From Eledone cirrhosa (taxonomy: Eukaryota): a DNA stretch of 64,000 nucleotides. Of the stretch, positions 20,501 to 35,500 are shown piece after piece. A program made the position numbers and the translations under genes. How positions within the stretch are numbered: position 1 is the first letter of the stretch; every line of letters starts with the position of its first letter. The stretch spans positions 425,568,001 through 425,632,000 of the forward strand of contig OZ024740.1 in NCBI GenBank assembly GCA_964016885.1. Direction: 5' to 3'. The notes below the pieces were generated by a model. That model did no database searches and had not been told where the DNA came from. It saw only the letters and a program-made list of their open reading frames with translations.

Positions 20501-23500
20501 GGTACCTTGTCTTGTGTCCTTCCCTCCACCATTCCAAATATATGTTGGTAAGGTACCTAGTCTTGTGTCATTCCCTCCACCATTCCCAATACATGATGGT
20601 GAGGTACCTAGTCTTGTGTCCTTCCCTCCACCATTCCCAATATATGTTGGTAAGTTACCTAGTCTTGTGTCCTTCCCACCACCATTCCCAATATATGTTG
20701 GTAAGTTACCTAGTCTTGTGTCCTTCCCTCTACCATTCCTAATATATGTTGGTGAGTTACCTAGTCTTGTGTCCTTCCCTCCAGCATTCCCAATATATGT
20801 TGGTAAGTTACCTAGTCTTGTGTCCTTCCCTCCACCATCCCAATATATGTTGGTAAGGTACCTAGTCTTGTGTCATTCCCTCAACCATTCCCAATATATG
20901 TTGGTGAGGTACCTAGACTTGTGTCCTTCCCTCAACCATTCCCAATATATGTTGGTGGGGCACCTAGTCTTGTGTCCTTCCCTCCACCATTCCCAATATA
21001 TGTTGGTGGGGCACCTAGTCTTGTGTCATTCCCTCCACCATTCCCAATATATGTTGGTGATGTACCTAGTCTTGTGTCCTTCCCTCCACCATCCCAATAT
21101 ATCTTGGTGATGTACCTAGTCTTGTGTCCTTCCCTCCACCATCCCAATATATGTTGGTGATGTACCTAGTCTTGTGTCCTTCCCTCCACCATTCCCAATA
21201 TATGTTCGTGATGTACCTAGTCTTGTGTCCTTCCCTCCAGCATTCCCAATATATGTTGGTGAGGTACCTAGTCTTCTGTCCTTCCCTCCACCATTCCCAA
21301 TATATGTTGGTAAGGTACCTAGTCTTGTGTCCTTCCCTCCACCATTCCCAATATATGTTGGTGAGGTACCTAGTCTTGTGTCCTTCCAAACACCATACCC
21401 AATATATGTTGGTAAGTTACCTAGTATTCTGTCCTTCTCTCCACCATTCCCAATATATGTTGGTAGGTTACCTAGTCTTGTGTCCTTCCAAACACAATTC
21501 CCAATATATGTTGGTGAGGCACCCAGTCTTGTGTCCTTCCCTCCACCATTCCCAATATATGTTGGTGATGTACCTAGTCTCGTGACCTTCCCTCCACCAT
21601 TCCCAATATATGTTGGTGCGGTACTTAGTCTTGTGTCCGTCCCTCAACCATTCCCAATATATGTTGGTGAGGTACCTAGTCCTTCCCTCCTCATTCCCAA
21701 TATATGTTGGTGAGGTACGTAGTCTTTCCCTCCACCATTCCCAGTTTATGTTGGTGAGGTACCTAGTCTTGTGTCCTTCCCTCCACCATTCCCAAAATAT
21801 GTTGATAAGGTACCTAGTTTTGTGTCCTTCCCTCCACCATTCACAATATATGTTGGTGACGTACCTAGTCTTGTGTCCTTCCCTCCACCATTCACAATAT
21901 ATGTTGGTAAGGTACCTAGTCTTGTGTCCTTCCCTCCACCATTCCCAATATATGTTGGTAATGTACCTAGTCTTGTGTCCTTCCCTCCACCATTCCCAAT
22001 ATATGTTGGTAAGGTACCTAGTCTTGTGTCCTTCCCTCCACCATTCCCAATATATGTTGGTAAGGTACCTAGTCTTGTGTCCTTCCCTCCACCATTCCCA
22101 ATATATGTTGGTGAGGTATCTAGTCTTGTGTCCTTCCCTCCACCATTCCCAATATATGTTGGTGAGGTACCTATACTTGTGTCCTTCCCTCAACCATTCC
22201 CAATATAAGTTAGTGTGGTACCTAGTCTTCTGTCCTTCCCTCCACCATTCCCAATATATGTTGGTAAGGTACCTAGTCTTGTGTCCTTCCCTCCACCATT
22301 CCCAATATATGTTTGTGAGGTACCTAGTTTGTGTCCTTCCCTCCACCATTCCCAATATATGTTGGTGAGGTACCTATACTTGTGTCCTTCCCTCAACCAT
22401 TCCCAATATAAGTTAGTGTGGTACCTAGTCTTCTGTCCTTCCCTCCACCATTCCCAATATATGTTGGTAAGGTACCTAGTCTTGTGTCCTTCCCTCCACC
22501 ATTCCCAATATATGTTGGTGAGGTACCTAGTCTTGTATCCTTCCCTCAACCATTCCCAATATATGTTGGTGAGGTACCTAGTCTTGTGTCCTTCCTCCAC
22601 CATTCCCAATATATTTTGGTAAGTTACCTAGTCTTGTGTCCTTCCCTCTACCATTCCTAATATATGTTGGTGAGGTACCTAGTCTTGTGTCCTTCCCTCC
22701 AGCATTCCCAATATATGTTGGTAAGTTACCTAGTCTTGTGTCCTTCCCTCCACCATCCCAATATATGTTGGTAAGGTACCTAGTCTTGTGTCATTCGCTC
22801 AACCATTCCCAATATATGTTGGTGAGGTACCTAGACTTGTGTCCTTCCCTCAACCATTCCCAATATATGTTGGTGAGGTACCTAGTCTTGTGTCCTTCCC
22901 TCCACCATTCCCAATATATGTTGGTAAGTTACCTAGTCTTGCGTCCTTCCCTCCACCATTCCCAATATATGTTGGTAATGTACCTAGTCTTGTGTCCTTC
23001 CCTCCACCATCCCAATATATGTTGGTGGGGCACCTAGTCTTGTGTCCTTCCCTCCACCATTCCCAATATATGTTGGTGAGGTAACTAGTCTTGTTTCTTT
23101 CCCTACACCATTCCCAATATATGTTGGTAAGGTACCTAGTCTTGTGTCCTTCCTCCACCATTCCCAATATATGTTGGTGAGGTACCTAGTCTTGTGTCCT
23201 TCCCTCCACCATTCCCAATATATGTTGGTGAGGTACCTAGTCTTGTGTCCTTCCCTACACCATTCCCAATATATGTTGGTAAGGTACCTAGTCTTGTGTC
23301 GTTCCCTCTACCATTTCCAATATATGTTGGTAAGGTACCTAGTCTTGTGTCCTTCCCTCCACCATTCCCAATATATGTTGGTAAGGTACCTAGTCTTGTG
23401 TCCTTCCCTCCACCATTCCCAATATATGTTGGTAAGGTACCTAGTCTTGTATCCTTTCCTCCACCATTCCAAATATATGTTGATAAGGTACCTAGTCTTG

Positions 23501-26500
23501 TGTCCTTCCCTCCAGCATTCCCAATATATGTTGGTGAGGTACTTAGTCTTGTGACCTTCCCTCCACCATTCCCAATATATGTTGGTGAGGTACCTTGTCT
23601 TGCGTCCTTCCCTCCATCATTCCCAATATATGTTGGTGAGGTACCTAGTCTTGTATCCTTCCCTCCACCATTCCCAATATATGTTGGTGAGGTACCTAGT
23701 ATTGTGTCCTTCCCTCCACCATTCCCAATATATGTTGGTAAGGTACCTAGTCTTGTGTCCTTCCCTCTACCATTCCCAATATATGTTCGTGAGGTACCTA
23801 GTCTTGTGTCCTTCCCTCCACCATTCCCAATATATGTTGGTGAGGTACCTAGTCTTGTGTCCTTCCCTCCACCATTCCCAATATATGTTGGTGAGGTACC
23901 TAGTCTTGTGTCCTTCCTCCACCATTCCCAATATATGTTGGTGAGGTACCTAGTCTTGTATCCTTCCCTCCACCATTCACAATATATGTTGGTGAGGTAC
24001 CTAGTCTTGTGTCCTTCCCTCTACCATTCCTAATATATGTTGGTAAGTTACCTAGTCTTATGTCCTTCCCACCACCATTCCCAATATATGTTGGTAAGTT
24101 ACCTAGTCTTGTGTCCTTCCCTCTATCATTCCTAATATATGTTGGTGAAGTACCTTGTCTTGCGTCCTTCCCTCCATCATTCGCAATATATGTTGGTGAG
24201 GTACCTAGTCTTGTGTCCTTCCCTCCACCATTCCCAATATATGTTGGTGAGGTACCTAGTCTTGTGTCCTTCCCTCTACCATTCCTAATATATGTTGGTG
24301 AAGTACCTTGTCTTGCGTCCTTCCCTCCATCATTCCCAATATATGTTGGTGAGGTACCTAGTCTTGTGTCCTTCCCTCTACCATTCCTAATATATGTTGG
24401 TGAGGTACCTAGTCTTGTGTCCTTCCCTCTACCATTCCTAATATATGTTGGTAAGTTACCTAGTCTTGTGTCCTTCCCTCTACCATTCCTAATATATGTT
24501 GGTAAGGTACCTAGCCTTGTGTCCTTACCTCCACCATTCCCAATATATGTTGGTAAGTTACCTAGTCTTGTGTCCTTCCCACCACCATTCCCAATATATG
24601 TTGGTAAGTTACCTAGTCTTGTGTCCTTCCCTCTACCATTCCTAATATATGTTGGTAAGTTACCTAGTCTTGTGTCATTCCCTCAACCATTCCCAATATA
24701 TGTTGGTGAGGTACCTAGACTTGTGTCCTTCCCTCAAACATTCCCAATATATGTTGGTGGGGCACCTAGTCTTGTGTCCTTCCCTCCACCATTCCCAATA
24801 TATGTTGGTGGGGCACCTAGTCTTGTGTTATTCCCTCCACCATTCCCAATATATGTTGGTGATGTACCTAGTCTTGTGTCCTTCCCTCCACCATCCCAAT
24901 ATATCTTGGTGATGTACCTAGTCTTGTGTCCTTCCCTCCACCATCCCAATATATGTTGGTGATGTACCTAGTCTTGTGTCCTTCCCTCCACCATTCCCAA
25001 TATATGTTCGTGATGTACCTAGTCTTGTGTCCTTCCCTCCAGCATTCCCAATATATGTTGGTGAGGTACCTAGTCTTCTGTCCTTCCCTCCACCATTCCC
25101 AATATATGTTGGTAAGGTACCTAGTCTTGTGTCCTTCCCTCCACCATTCCCAATATATGTTGGTGAGGTACCTAGTCTTGTGTCCTTCCAAACACCATAC
25201 CCAATATATGTTGGTAAGTTACCTAGTATTCTGTCCTTCTCTCCACCATTCCCAATATATGTTGGTAAGTTACCTAGTCTTGTGTCCTTCCAAACACAAT
25301 TCCCAATATATGTTGGTGAGGCACCCAGTCTTGTGTCCTTCCCTCCACCATTCCCAATATATGTTGGTGATGTACCTAGTCTTGTGACCTTCCCTCCACC
25401 ATTCCCAATATATGTTGGTGACGTACCTAGTCTTGTGTCCTTCCCTCCACCATTCACAATATATGTTGGTAAGGTACCTAGTCTTGTGTCCTTCCCTCCA
25501 CCATTCCCAATATATGTTGGTAATGTACCTAGTCTTGTGTCCTTCCCTCCACCATTCCCAATATATGTTGGTAAGGTACCTAGTCTTGTGTCCTTCCCTC
25601 CACCATTCCCAATATATGTTGGTAAGGTACCTAGTCTTGTGTCCTTCCCTCCACCATTCCCAATATATGTTGGTGAGGTACCTAGTCTTGTGTCCTTCCC
25701 TCCACCATTCCCAATATATGTTGGTGAGGTACCTATACTTGTGTCCTTCCCTCAACCATTCCCAATATAAGTTAGTGTGGTACCTAGTCTTCTGTCCTTC
25801 CCTCCACCATTCCCAATATATGTTGGTAAGGTACCTAGTCTTGTGTCCTTCCCTCCACCATTCCCAATATATGTTGGTGAGGTACCTAGTTTGTGTCCTT
25901 CCCTCCACCATTCCCAATATATGTTGGTGAGGTACCTATACTTGTGTCCTTCCCTCAACCATTCCCAATATAAGTTAGTGTGGTACCTAGTCTTCTGTCC
26001 TTCCCTCCACCATTCCCAATATATGTTGGTAAGGTACCTAGTCTTGTGTCCTTCCCTCCACCATTCCCAATATATGTTGGTGAGGTACCTAGTCTTGTAT
26101 CCTTCCCTCAACCATTCCCAATATATGTTGGTGAGGTACCTAGTCTTGTGTCCTTCCTCCACCATTCCCAATATATTTTGGTAAGTTACCTAGTCTTGTG
26201 TCCTTCCCTCTACCATTCCTAATATATGTTGGTGAGGTACCTAGTCTTGTGTCCTTCCCTCCAGCATTCCCAATATATGTTGGTAAGTTACCTAGTCTTG
26301 TGTCCTTCCCTCCACCATCCCAATATATGTTGGTAAGGTACCTAGTCTTGTGTCATTCGCTCAACCATTCCCAATATATGTTGGTGAGGTACCTAGACTT
26401 GTGTCCTTCCCTCAACCATTCCCAATATATGTTGGTGAGGTACCTAGTCTTGTGTCCTTCCCTCCACCATTCCCAATATATGTTGGTAAGTTACCTAGTC

Positions 26501-29500
26501 TTGCGTCCTTCCCTCCACCATTCCCAATATATGTTGGTAATGTACCTAGTCTTGTGTCCTTCCCTCCACCATCCCAATATATGTTGGTGGGGCACCTAGT
26601 CTTGTGTCCTTCCCTCCACCATTCCCAATATATGTTGGTGAGGTAACTAGTCTTGTTTCTTTCCCTACACCATTCCCAATATATGTTGGTAAGGTACCTA
26701 GTCTTGTGTCCTTCCTCCACCATTCCCAATATATGTTGGTGAGGTACCTAGTCTTGTGTCCTTCCCTCCACCATTCCCAATATATGTTGGTGAGGTACCT
26801 AGTCTTGTGTCCTTCCCTACACCATTCCCAATATATGTTGGTAAGGTACCTAGTCTTGTGTCGTTCCCTCTACCATTTCCAATATATGTTGGTAAGGTAC
26901 CTAGTCTTGTGTCCTTCCCTCCACCATTCCCAATATATGTTGGTAAGGTACCTAGTCTTGTGTCCTTCCCTCCACCATTCCCAATATATGTTGGTAAGGT
27001 ACCTAGTCTTGTATCCTTTCCTCCACCATTCCAAATATATGTTGATAAGGTACCTAGTCTTGTGTCCTTCCCTCCAGCATTCCCAATATATGTTGGTGAG
27101 GTACTTAGTCTTGTGACCTTCCCTCCACCATTCCCAATATATGTTGGTGAGGTACCTTGTCTTGCGTCCTTCCCTCCATCATTCCCAATATATGTTGGTG
27201 AGGTACCTAGTCTTGTATCCTTCCCTCCACCATTCCCAATATATGTTGGTGAGGTACCTAGTATTGTGTCCTTCCCTCCACCATTCCCAATATATGTTGG
27301 TAAGGTACCTAGTCTTGTGTCCTTCCCTCTACCATTCCCAATATATGTTCGTGAGGTACCTAGTCTTGTGTCCTTCCCTCCACCATTCCCAATATATGTT
27401 GGTGAGGTACCTAGTCTTGTGTCCTTCCCTCCACCATTCCCAATATATGTTGGTGAGGTACCTAGTCTTGTGTCCTTCCTCCACCATTCCCAATATATGT
27501 TGGTGAGGTACCTAGTCTTGTATCCTTCCCTCCACCATTCCCAATATATGTTGGTGAGGTACCTAGTCTTGTGTCCTTCCCTCTACCATTCCTAATATAT
27601 GTTGGTAAGTTACCTAGTCTTGTGTCCTTCCCACCACCATTCCCAATATATGTTGGTAAGTTACCTAGTCTTGTGTCCTTCCCTCTATCATTCCTAATAT
27701 ATGTTGGTGAAGTACCTTGTCTTGCGTCCTTCCCTCCATCATTCGCAATATATGTTGGTGAGGTACCTAGTCTTGTGTCCTTCCCTCCACCATTCCCAAT
27801 ATATGTTGGTGAGGTACCTAGTCTTGTGTCCTTCCCTCTACCATTCCTAATATATGTTGGTGAAGTACCTTGTCTTGCGTCCTTCCCTCCATCATTCCCA
27901 ATATATGTTGGTGAGGTACCTAGTCTTGTATCCTTCCCTCCACCATTCCCAATATATGTTGGTGAGGTACCTAGTATTGTGTCCTTCCCTCCACCATTCC
28001 CAATATATGTTGGTAAGGTACCTAGTCTTGTGTCCTTCCCTCTACCATTCCCAATATATGTTCGTGAGGTACCTAGTCTTGTGTCCTTCCCTCCACCATT
28101 CCCAATATATGTTGGTGAGGTACCTAGTCTTGTGTCCTTCCCTCCACCATTCCCAATATATGTTGGTGAGGTACCTAGTCTTGTGTCCTTCCTCCACCAT
28201 TCCCAATATATGTTGGTGAGGTACCTAGTCTTGTATCCTTCCCTCCACCATTCCCAATATATGTTGGTGAGGTACCTAGTCTTGTGTCCTTCCCTCTACC
28301 ATTCCTAATATATGTTGGTAAGTTACCTAGTCTTATGTCCTTCCCACCACCATTCCCAATATATGTTGGTAAGTTACCTAGTCTTGTGTCCTTCCCTCTA
28401 TCATTCCTAATATATGTTGGTGAAGTACCTTGTCTTGCGTCCTTCCCTCCATCATTCGCAATATATGTTGGTGAGGTACCTAGTCTTGTGTCCTTCTCTC
28501 CACCATTCCCAATATATGTTGGTGAGGTACCTAGTCTTGTGTCCTTCCCTCTACCATTCCTAATATATGTTGGTGAAGTACCTTGTCTTGCGTCCTTCCC
28601 TCCATCATTCCCAATATATGTTGGTGAGGTACCTAGTCTTGTGTCCTTCCCTCTACCATTCCTAATATATGTTGGTGAGGTACCTAGTCTTGTGTCCTTC
28701 CCTCTACCATTCCTAATATATGTTGGTAAGTTACCTAGTCTTGTGTCCTTCCTTCTACCATTCCTAATATATGTTGGTAAGGTACCTAGCCTTGTGTCCT
28801 TACCTCCACCATTCCCAATATATGTTGGTAAGTTACCTAGATTGTGTCCTTCCCACCACCATTCCCAATATATGTTGGTAAGTTACCTAGTCTTGTGTCC
28901 TTCCCTCTACCATTCCTAATATATGTTGGTGAAGTACCTAGTCTTGTGTCCTTCCCTCCATCATTCCCAATATATGTTGGTGAGGTACCTTGTCTTGTGT
29001 CCTTCCCTCCACCATTCCAAATATATGTTGGTAAGGTACCTAGTCTTGTGTCATTCCCTCCACCATTCCCAATACATGATGGTGAGGTACCTAGTCTTGT
29101 GTCCTTCCCTCCACCATTCCCAATATATGTTGGTAAGTTACCTAGTCTTGTGTCCTTCCCACCACCATTCCCAATATATGTTGGTAAGTTACCTAGTCTT
29201 GTGTCCTTCCCTCTACCATTCCTAATATATGTTGGTGAGGTACCTAGTCTTGTGTCCTTCCCTCCAGCATTCCCAATATATGTTGGTAAGTTACCTAGTC
29301 TTGTGTCCTTCCCTCCACCATCCCAATATATGTTGGTAAGGTACCTAGTCTTGTGTCCTTCCAAACACCATACCCAATATATGTTGGTAAGTTACCTAGT
29401 ATTCTGTCCTTCTCTCCACCATTCCCAATATATGTTGGTAAGTTACCTAGTCTTGTGTCCTTCCAAACACAATTCCCAATATATGTTGGTGAGGCACCCA

Positions 29501-32500
29501 GTCTTGTGTCATTCCCTCAACCATTCCCAATATATGTTGGTGAGGTACCTAGACTTGTGTCCTTCCCTCAACCATTCCCAATATATGTTGGTGGGGCACC
29601 TAGTCTTGTGTCCTTCCCTCCACCATTCCCAATATATGTTGGTGGGGCACCTAGTCTTGTGTTATTCCCTCCACCATTCCCAATATATGTTGGTGAGGTA
29701 CCTAGTCTTGTGTCCTTCCCTCCAGCATTCCCAATATATGTTGGTAAGTTACCTAGTCTTGTGTCCTTCCCTCCACCATCCCAATATATGTTGGTAAGGT
29801 ACCTAGTCTTGTGTCATTCGCTCAACCATTCCCAATATATGTTGGTGAGGTACCTAGACTTGTGTCCTTCCCTCAACCATTCCCAATATATGTTGGTGAG
29901 GTACCTAGTCTTGTGTCCTTCCCTCCACCATTCCCAATATATGTTGGTAAGTTACCTAGTCTTGCGTCCTTCCCTCCACCATTCCCAATATATGTTGGTA
30001 ATGTACCTAGTCTTGTGTCCTTCCCTCCACCATCCCAATATATGTTGGTGGGGCACCTAGTCTTGTGTCCTTCCCTCCACCATTCCCAATATATGTTGGT
30101 GAGGTAACTAGTCTTGTTTCTTTCCCTACACCATTCCCAATATATGTTGGTAAGGTACCTAGTCTTGTGTCCTTCCTCCACCATTCCCAATATATGTTGG
30201 TGAGGTACCTAGTCTTGTGTCCTTCCCTCCACCATTCCCAATATATGTTGGTGAGGTACCTAGTCTTGTGTCCTTCCCTACACCATTCCCAATATATGTT
30301 GGTAAGGTACCTAGTCTTGTGTCGTTCCCTCTACCATTTCCAATATATGTTGGTAAGGTACCTAGTCTTGTGTCCTTCCCTCCACCATTCCCAATATATG
30401 TTGGTAAGGTACCTAGTCTTGTGTCCTTCCCTCCACCATTCCCAATATATGTTGGTAAGGTACCTAGTCTTGTATCCTTTCCTCCACCATTCCAAATATA
30501 TGTTGATAAGGTACCTAGTCTTGTGTCCTTCCCTCCAGCATTCCCAATATATGTTGGTGAGGTACTTAGTCTTGTGACCTTCCCTCCACCATTCCCAATA
30601 TATGTTGGTGAGGTAACTTGTCTTGCGTCCTTCCCTCCATCATTCCCAATATATGTTGGTGAGGTACCTAGTCTTGTATCCTTCCCTCCACCATTCCCAA
30701 TATATGTTGGTGAGGTACCTAGTATTGTGTCCTTCCCTCCACCATTCCCAATATATGTTGGTAAGGTACCTAGTCTTGTGTCCTTCCCTCTACCATTCCC
30801 AATATATGTTCGTGAGGTACCTAGTCTTGTGTCCTTCCCTCCACCATTCCCAATATATGTTGGTGAGGTACCTAGTCTTGTGTCCTTCCCTCCACCATTC
30901 CCAATATATGTTGGTGAGGTACCTAGTCTTGTGTCCTTCCTCCACCATTCCCAATATATGTTGGTGAGGTACCTAGTCTTGTATCCTTCCCTCCACCATT
31001 CCCAATATATGTTGGTGAGGTACCTAGTCTTGTGTCCTTCCCTCTACCATTCCTAATATATGTTGGTAAGTTACCTAGTCTTGTGTCCTTCCCACCACCA
31101 TTCCCAATATATGTTGGTAAGTTACCTAGTCTTGTGTCCTTCCCTCTATCATTCCTAATATATGTTGGTGAAGTACCTTGTCTTGCGTCCTTCCCTCCAT
31201 CATTCGCAATATATGTTGGTGAGGTACCTAGTCTTGTGTCCTTCCCTCCACCATTCCCAATATATGTTGGTGAGGTACCTAGTCTTGTGTCCTTCCCTCT
31301 ACCATTCCTAATATATGTTGGTGAAGTACCTTGTCTTGCGTCCTTCCCTCCATCATTCCCAATATATGTTGGTGAGGTACCTAGTCTTGTATCCTTCCCT
31401 CCACCATTCCCAATATATGTTGGTGAGGTACCTAGTATTGTGTCCTTCCCTCCACCATTCCCAATATATGTTGGTAAGGTACCTAGTCTTGTGTCCTTCC
31501 CTCTACCATTCCCAATATATGTTCGTGAGGTACCTAGTCTTGTGTCCTTCCCTCCACCATTCCCAATATATGTTGGTGAGGTACCTAGTCTTGTGTCCTT
31601 CCCTCCACCATTCCCAATATATGTTGGTGAGGTACCTAGTCTTGTGTCCTTCCTCCACCATTCCCAATATATGTTGGTGAGGTACCTAGTCTTGTATCCT
31701 TCCCTCCACCATTCCCAATATATGTTGGTGAGGTACCTAGTCTTGTGTCCTTCCCTCTACCATTCCTAATATATGTTGGTAAGTTACCTAGTCTTATGTC
31801 CTTCCCACCACCATTCCCAATATATGTTGGTAAGTTACCTAGTCTTGTGTCCTTCCCTCTATCATTCCTAATATATGTTGGTGAAGTACCTTGTCTTGCG
31901 TCCTTCCCTCCATCATTCGCAATATATGTTGGTGAGGTACCTAGTCTTGTGTCCTTCTCTCCACCATTCCCAATATATGTTGGTGAGGTACCTAGTCTTG
32001 TGTCCTTCCCTCTACCATTCCTAATATATGTTGGTGAAGTACCTTGTCTTGCGTCCTTCCCTCCATCATTCCCAATATATGTTGGTGAGGTACCTAGTCT
32101 TGTGTCCTTCCCTCTACCATTCCTAATATATGTTGGTGAGGTACCTAGTCTTGTGTCCTTCCCTCTACCATTCCTAATATATGTTGGTAAGTTACCTAGT
32201 CTTGTGTCCTTCCTTCTACCATTCCTAATATATGTTGGTAAGGTACCTAGCCTTGTGTCCTTACCTCCACCATTCCCAATATATGTTGGTAAGTTACCTA
32301 GTCTTGTGTCCTTCCCACCACCATTCCCAATATATGTTGGTAAGTTACCTAGTCTTGTGTCCTTCCCTCTACCATTCCTAATATATGTTGGTGAAGTACC
32401 TAGTCTTGTGTCCTTCCCTCCATCATTCCCAATATATGTTGGTGAGGTACCTTGTCTTGTGTCCTTCCCTCCACCATTCCAAATATATGTTGGTAAGGTA

Positions 32501-35500
32501 CCTAGTCTTGTGTCATTCCCTCCACCATTCCCAATACATGATGGTGAGGTACCTAGTCTTGTGTCCTTCCCTCCACCATTCCCAATATATGTTGGTAAGT
32601 TACCTAGTCTTGTGTCCTTCCCACCACCATTCCCAATATATGTTGGTAAGTTACCTAGTCTTGTGTCCTTCCCTCTACCATTCCTAATATATGTTGGTGA
32701 GGTACCTAGTCTTGTGTCCTTCCCTCCAGCATTCCCAATATATGTTGGTAAGTTACCTAGTCTTGTGTCCTTCCCTCCACCATCCCAATATATGTTGGTA
32801 AGGTACCTAGTCTTGTGTCCTTCCAAACACCATACCCAATATATGTTGGTAAGTTACCTAGTATTCTGTCCTTCTCTCCACCATTCCCAATATATGTTGG
32901 TAAGTTACCTAGTCTTGTGTCCTTCCAAACACAATTCCCAATATATGTTGGTGAGGCACCCAGTCTTGTGTCATTCCCTCAACCATTCCCAATATATGTT
33001 GGTGAGGTACCTAGACTTGTGTCCTTCCCTCAACCATTCCCAATATATGTTGGTGGGGCACCTAGTCTTGTGTCCTTCCCTCCACCATTCCCAATATATG
33101 TTGGTGGGGCACCTAGTCTTGTGTTATTCCCTCCACCATTCCCAATATATGTTGGTGATGTACCTAGTCTTGTCTCCTTCCCTCCACCATCCCAATATAT
33201 CTTGGTGATGTACCTAGTCTTGTGTCCTTCCCTCCACCATCCCAATATATGTTGGTGATGTACCTAGTCTTGTGTCCTTCCCTCCACCATTCCCAATATA
33301 TGTTCGTGATGTACCTAGTCTTGTGTCCTTCCCTCCAGCATTCCCAATATATGTTGGTGAGGTACCTAGTCTTCTGTCCTTCCCTCCACCATTCCCAATA
33401 TATGTTGGTAAGGTACCTAGTCTTGTGTCCTTCCCTCCACCATTCCCAATATATGTTGGTGAGGTACCTAGTCTTGTGTCCTTCCAAACACCATACCCAA
33501 TATATGTTGGTAAGTTACCTAGTATTCTGTCCTTCTCTCCACCATTCCCAATATATGTTGGTAAGTTACCTAGTCTTGTGTCCTTCCAAACACAATTCCC
33601 AATATATGTTGGTGAGGCACCCAGTCTTGTGTCCTTCCCTCCACCATTCCCAATATATGTTGGTGATGTACCTAGTCTTGTGACCTTCCCTCCACCATTC
33701 CCAATATATGTTGGTGCGGTACTTAGTCTTGTGTCCGTCCCTCAACCATTCCCAATATATGTTGGTGAGGTACCTAGTCCTTCCCTCCTCATTCCCAATA
33801 TATGTTGGTGAGGTACGTAGTCTTTCCCTCCACCATTCCCAGTTTATGTTGGTGAGGTACCTAGTCTTGTGTCCTTCCCTCCACCATTCCCAAAATATGT
33901 TGATAAGGTACCTAGTTTTGTGTCCTTCCCTCCACCATTCACAATATATGTTGGTGACGTACCTAGTCTTGTGTCCTTCCCTCCACCATTCACAATATAT
34001 GTTGGTAAGGTACCTAGTCTTGTGTCCTTCCCTCCACCATTCCCAATATATGTTGGTAATGTACCTAGTCTTGTGTCCTTCCCTCCACCATTCCCAATAT
34101 ATGTTGGTAAGGTACCTAGTCTTGTGTCCTTCCCTCCACCATTCCCAATATATGTTGGTAAGGTACCTAGTCTTGTGTCCTTCCCTCCACCATTCCCAAT
34201 ATATGTTGGTGAGGTACCTAGTCTTGTGTCCTTCCCTCCACCATTCCCAATATATGTTGGTGAGGTACCTATACTTGTGTCCTTCCCTCAACCATTCCCA
34301 ATATAAGTTAGTGTGGTACCTAGTCTTCTGTCCTTCCCTCCACCATTCCCAATATATGTTGGTAAGTTACCTAGTCTTGTGTCCTTCCCTCCACCATTCC
34401 CAATATATGTTGGTGAGGTACCTAGTTTGTGTCCTTCCCTCCACCATTCCCAATATATGTTGGTGAGGTACCTATACTTGTGTCCTTCCCTCAACCATTC
34501 CCAATATAAGTTAGTGTGGTACCTAGTCTTCTGTCCTTCCCTCCACCATTCCCAATATATGTTGGTAAGGTACCTAGTCTTGTGTCCTTCCCTCCACCAT
34601 TCCCAATATATGTTGGTGAGGTACCTAGTCTTGTATCCTTCCCTCAACCATTCCCAATATATGTTGGTGAGGTACCTAGTCTTGTGTCCTTCCTCCACCA
34701 TTCCCAATATATTTTGGTAAGTTACCTAGTCTTGTGTCCTTCCCTCTACCATTCCTAATATATGTTGGTGAGGTACCTAGTCTTGTGTCCTTCCCTCCAG
34801 CATTCCCAATATATGTTGGTAAGTTACCTAGTCTTGTGTCCTTCCCTCCACCATCCCAATATATGTTGGTAAGGTACCTAGTCTTGTGTCATTCCCTCAA
34901 CCATTCCCAATATATGTTGGTGAGGTACCTAGACTTGTGTCCTTCCCTCAACCATTCCCAATATATGTTGGTGAGGTACCTAGTCTTGTGTCCTTCCCTC
35001 CACCATTCCCAATATATGTTGGTAAGTTACCTAGTCTTGTGTCCTTCCCTCCACCATTCCCAATATATGTTGGTAATGTACCTAGTCTTGTGTCCTTCCC
35101 TCCACCATCCCAATATATGTTGGTGGGGCACCTAGTCTTGTGTCCTTCCCTCCACCATTCCCAATATATGTTGGTGGGGCACCTAGTCTTGTGTCCTTCC
35201 CTCCACCATTCCCAATATATGTTGGTAAGATACCTAGTCTTGTGTCCTTCCCTCCACCATTCCCAATATATGTTGGTGGGGGTACCTAGTCTTGTATCCT
35301 TCCCTCAACCATTCCCAATATATGTTGGTGAGGTACCTAGTCTTGTGTCCTTCCTCCACCATTCCCAATATATTTTGGTAAGTTACCTAGTCTTGTGTCC
35401 TTCCCTCTACCATTCCTAATATATGTTGGTGAGGTACCTACTCTTGTGTCCTTCCCTCCAGCATTCCCAATATATGTTGGTAAGTTACCTAGTCTTGTGT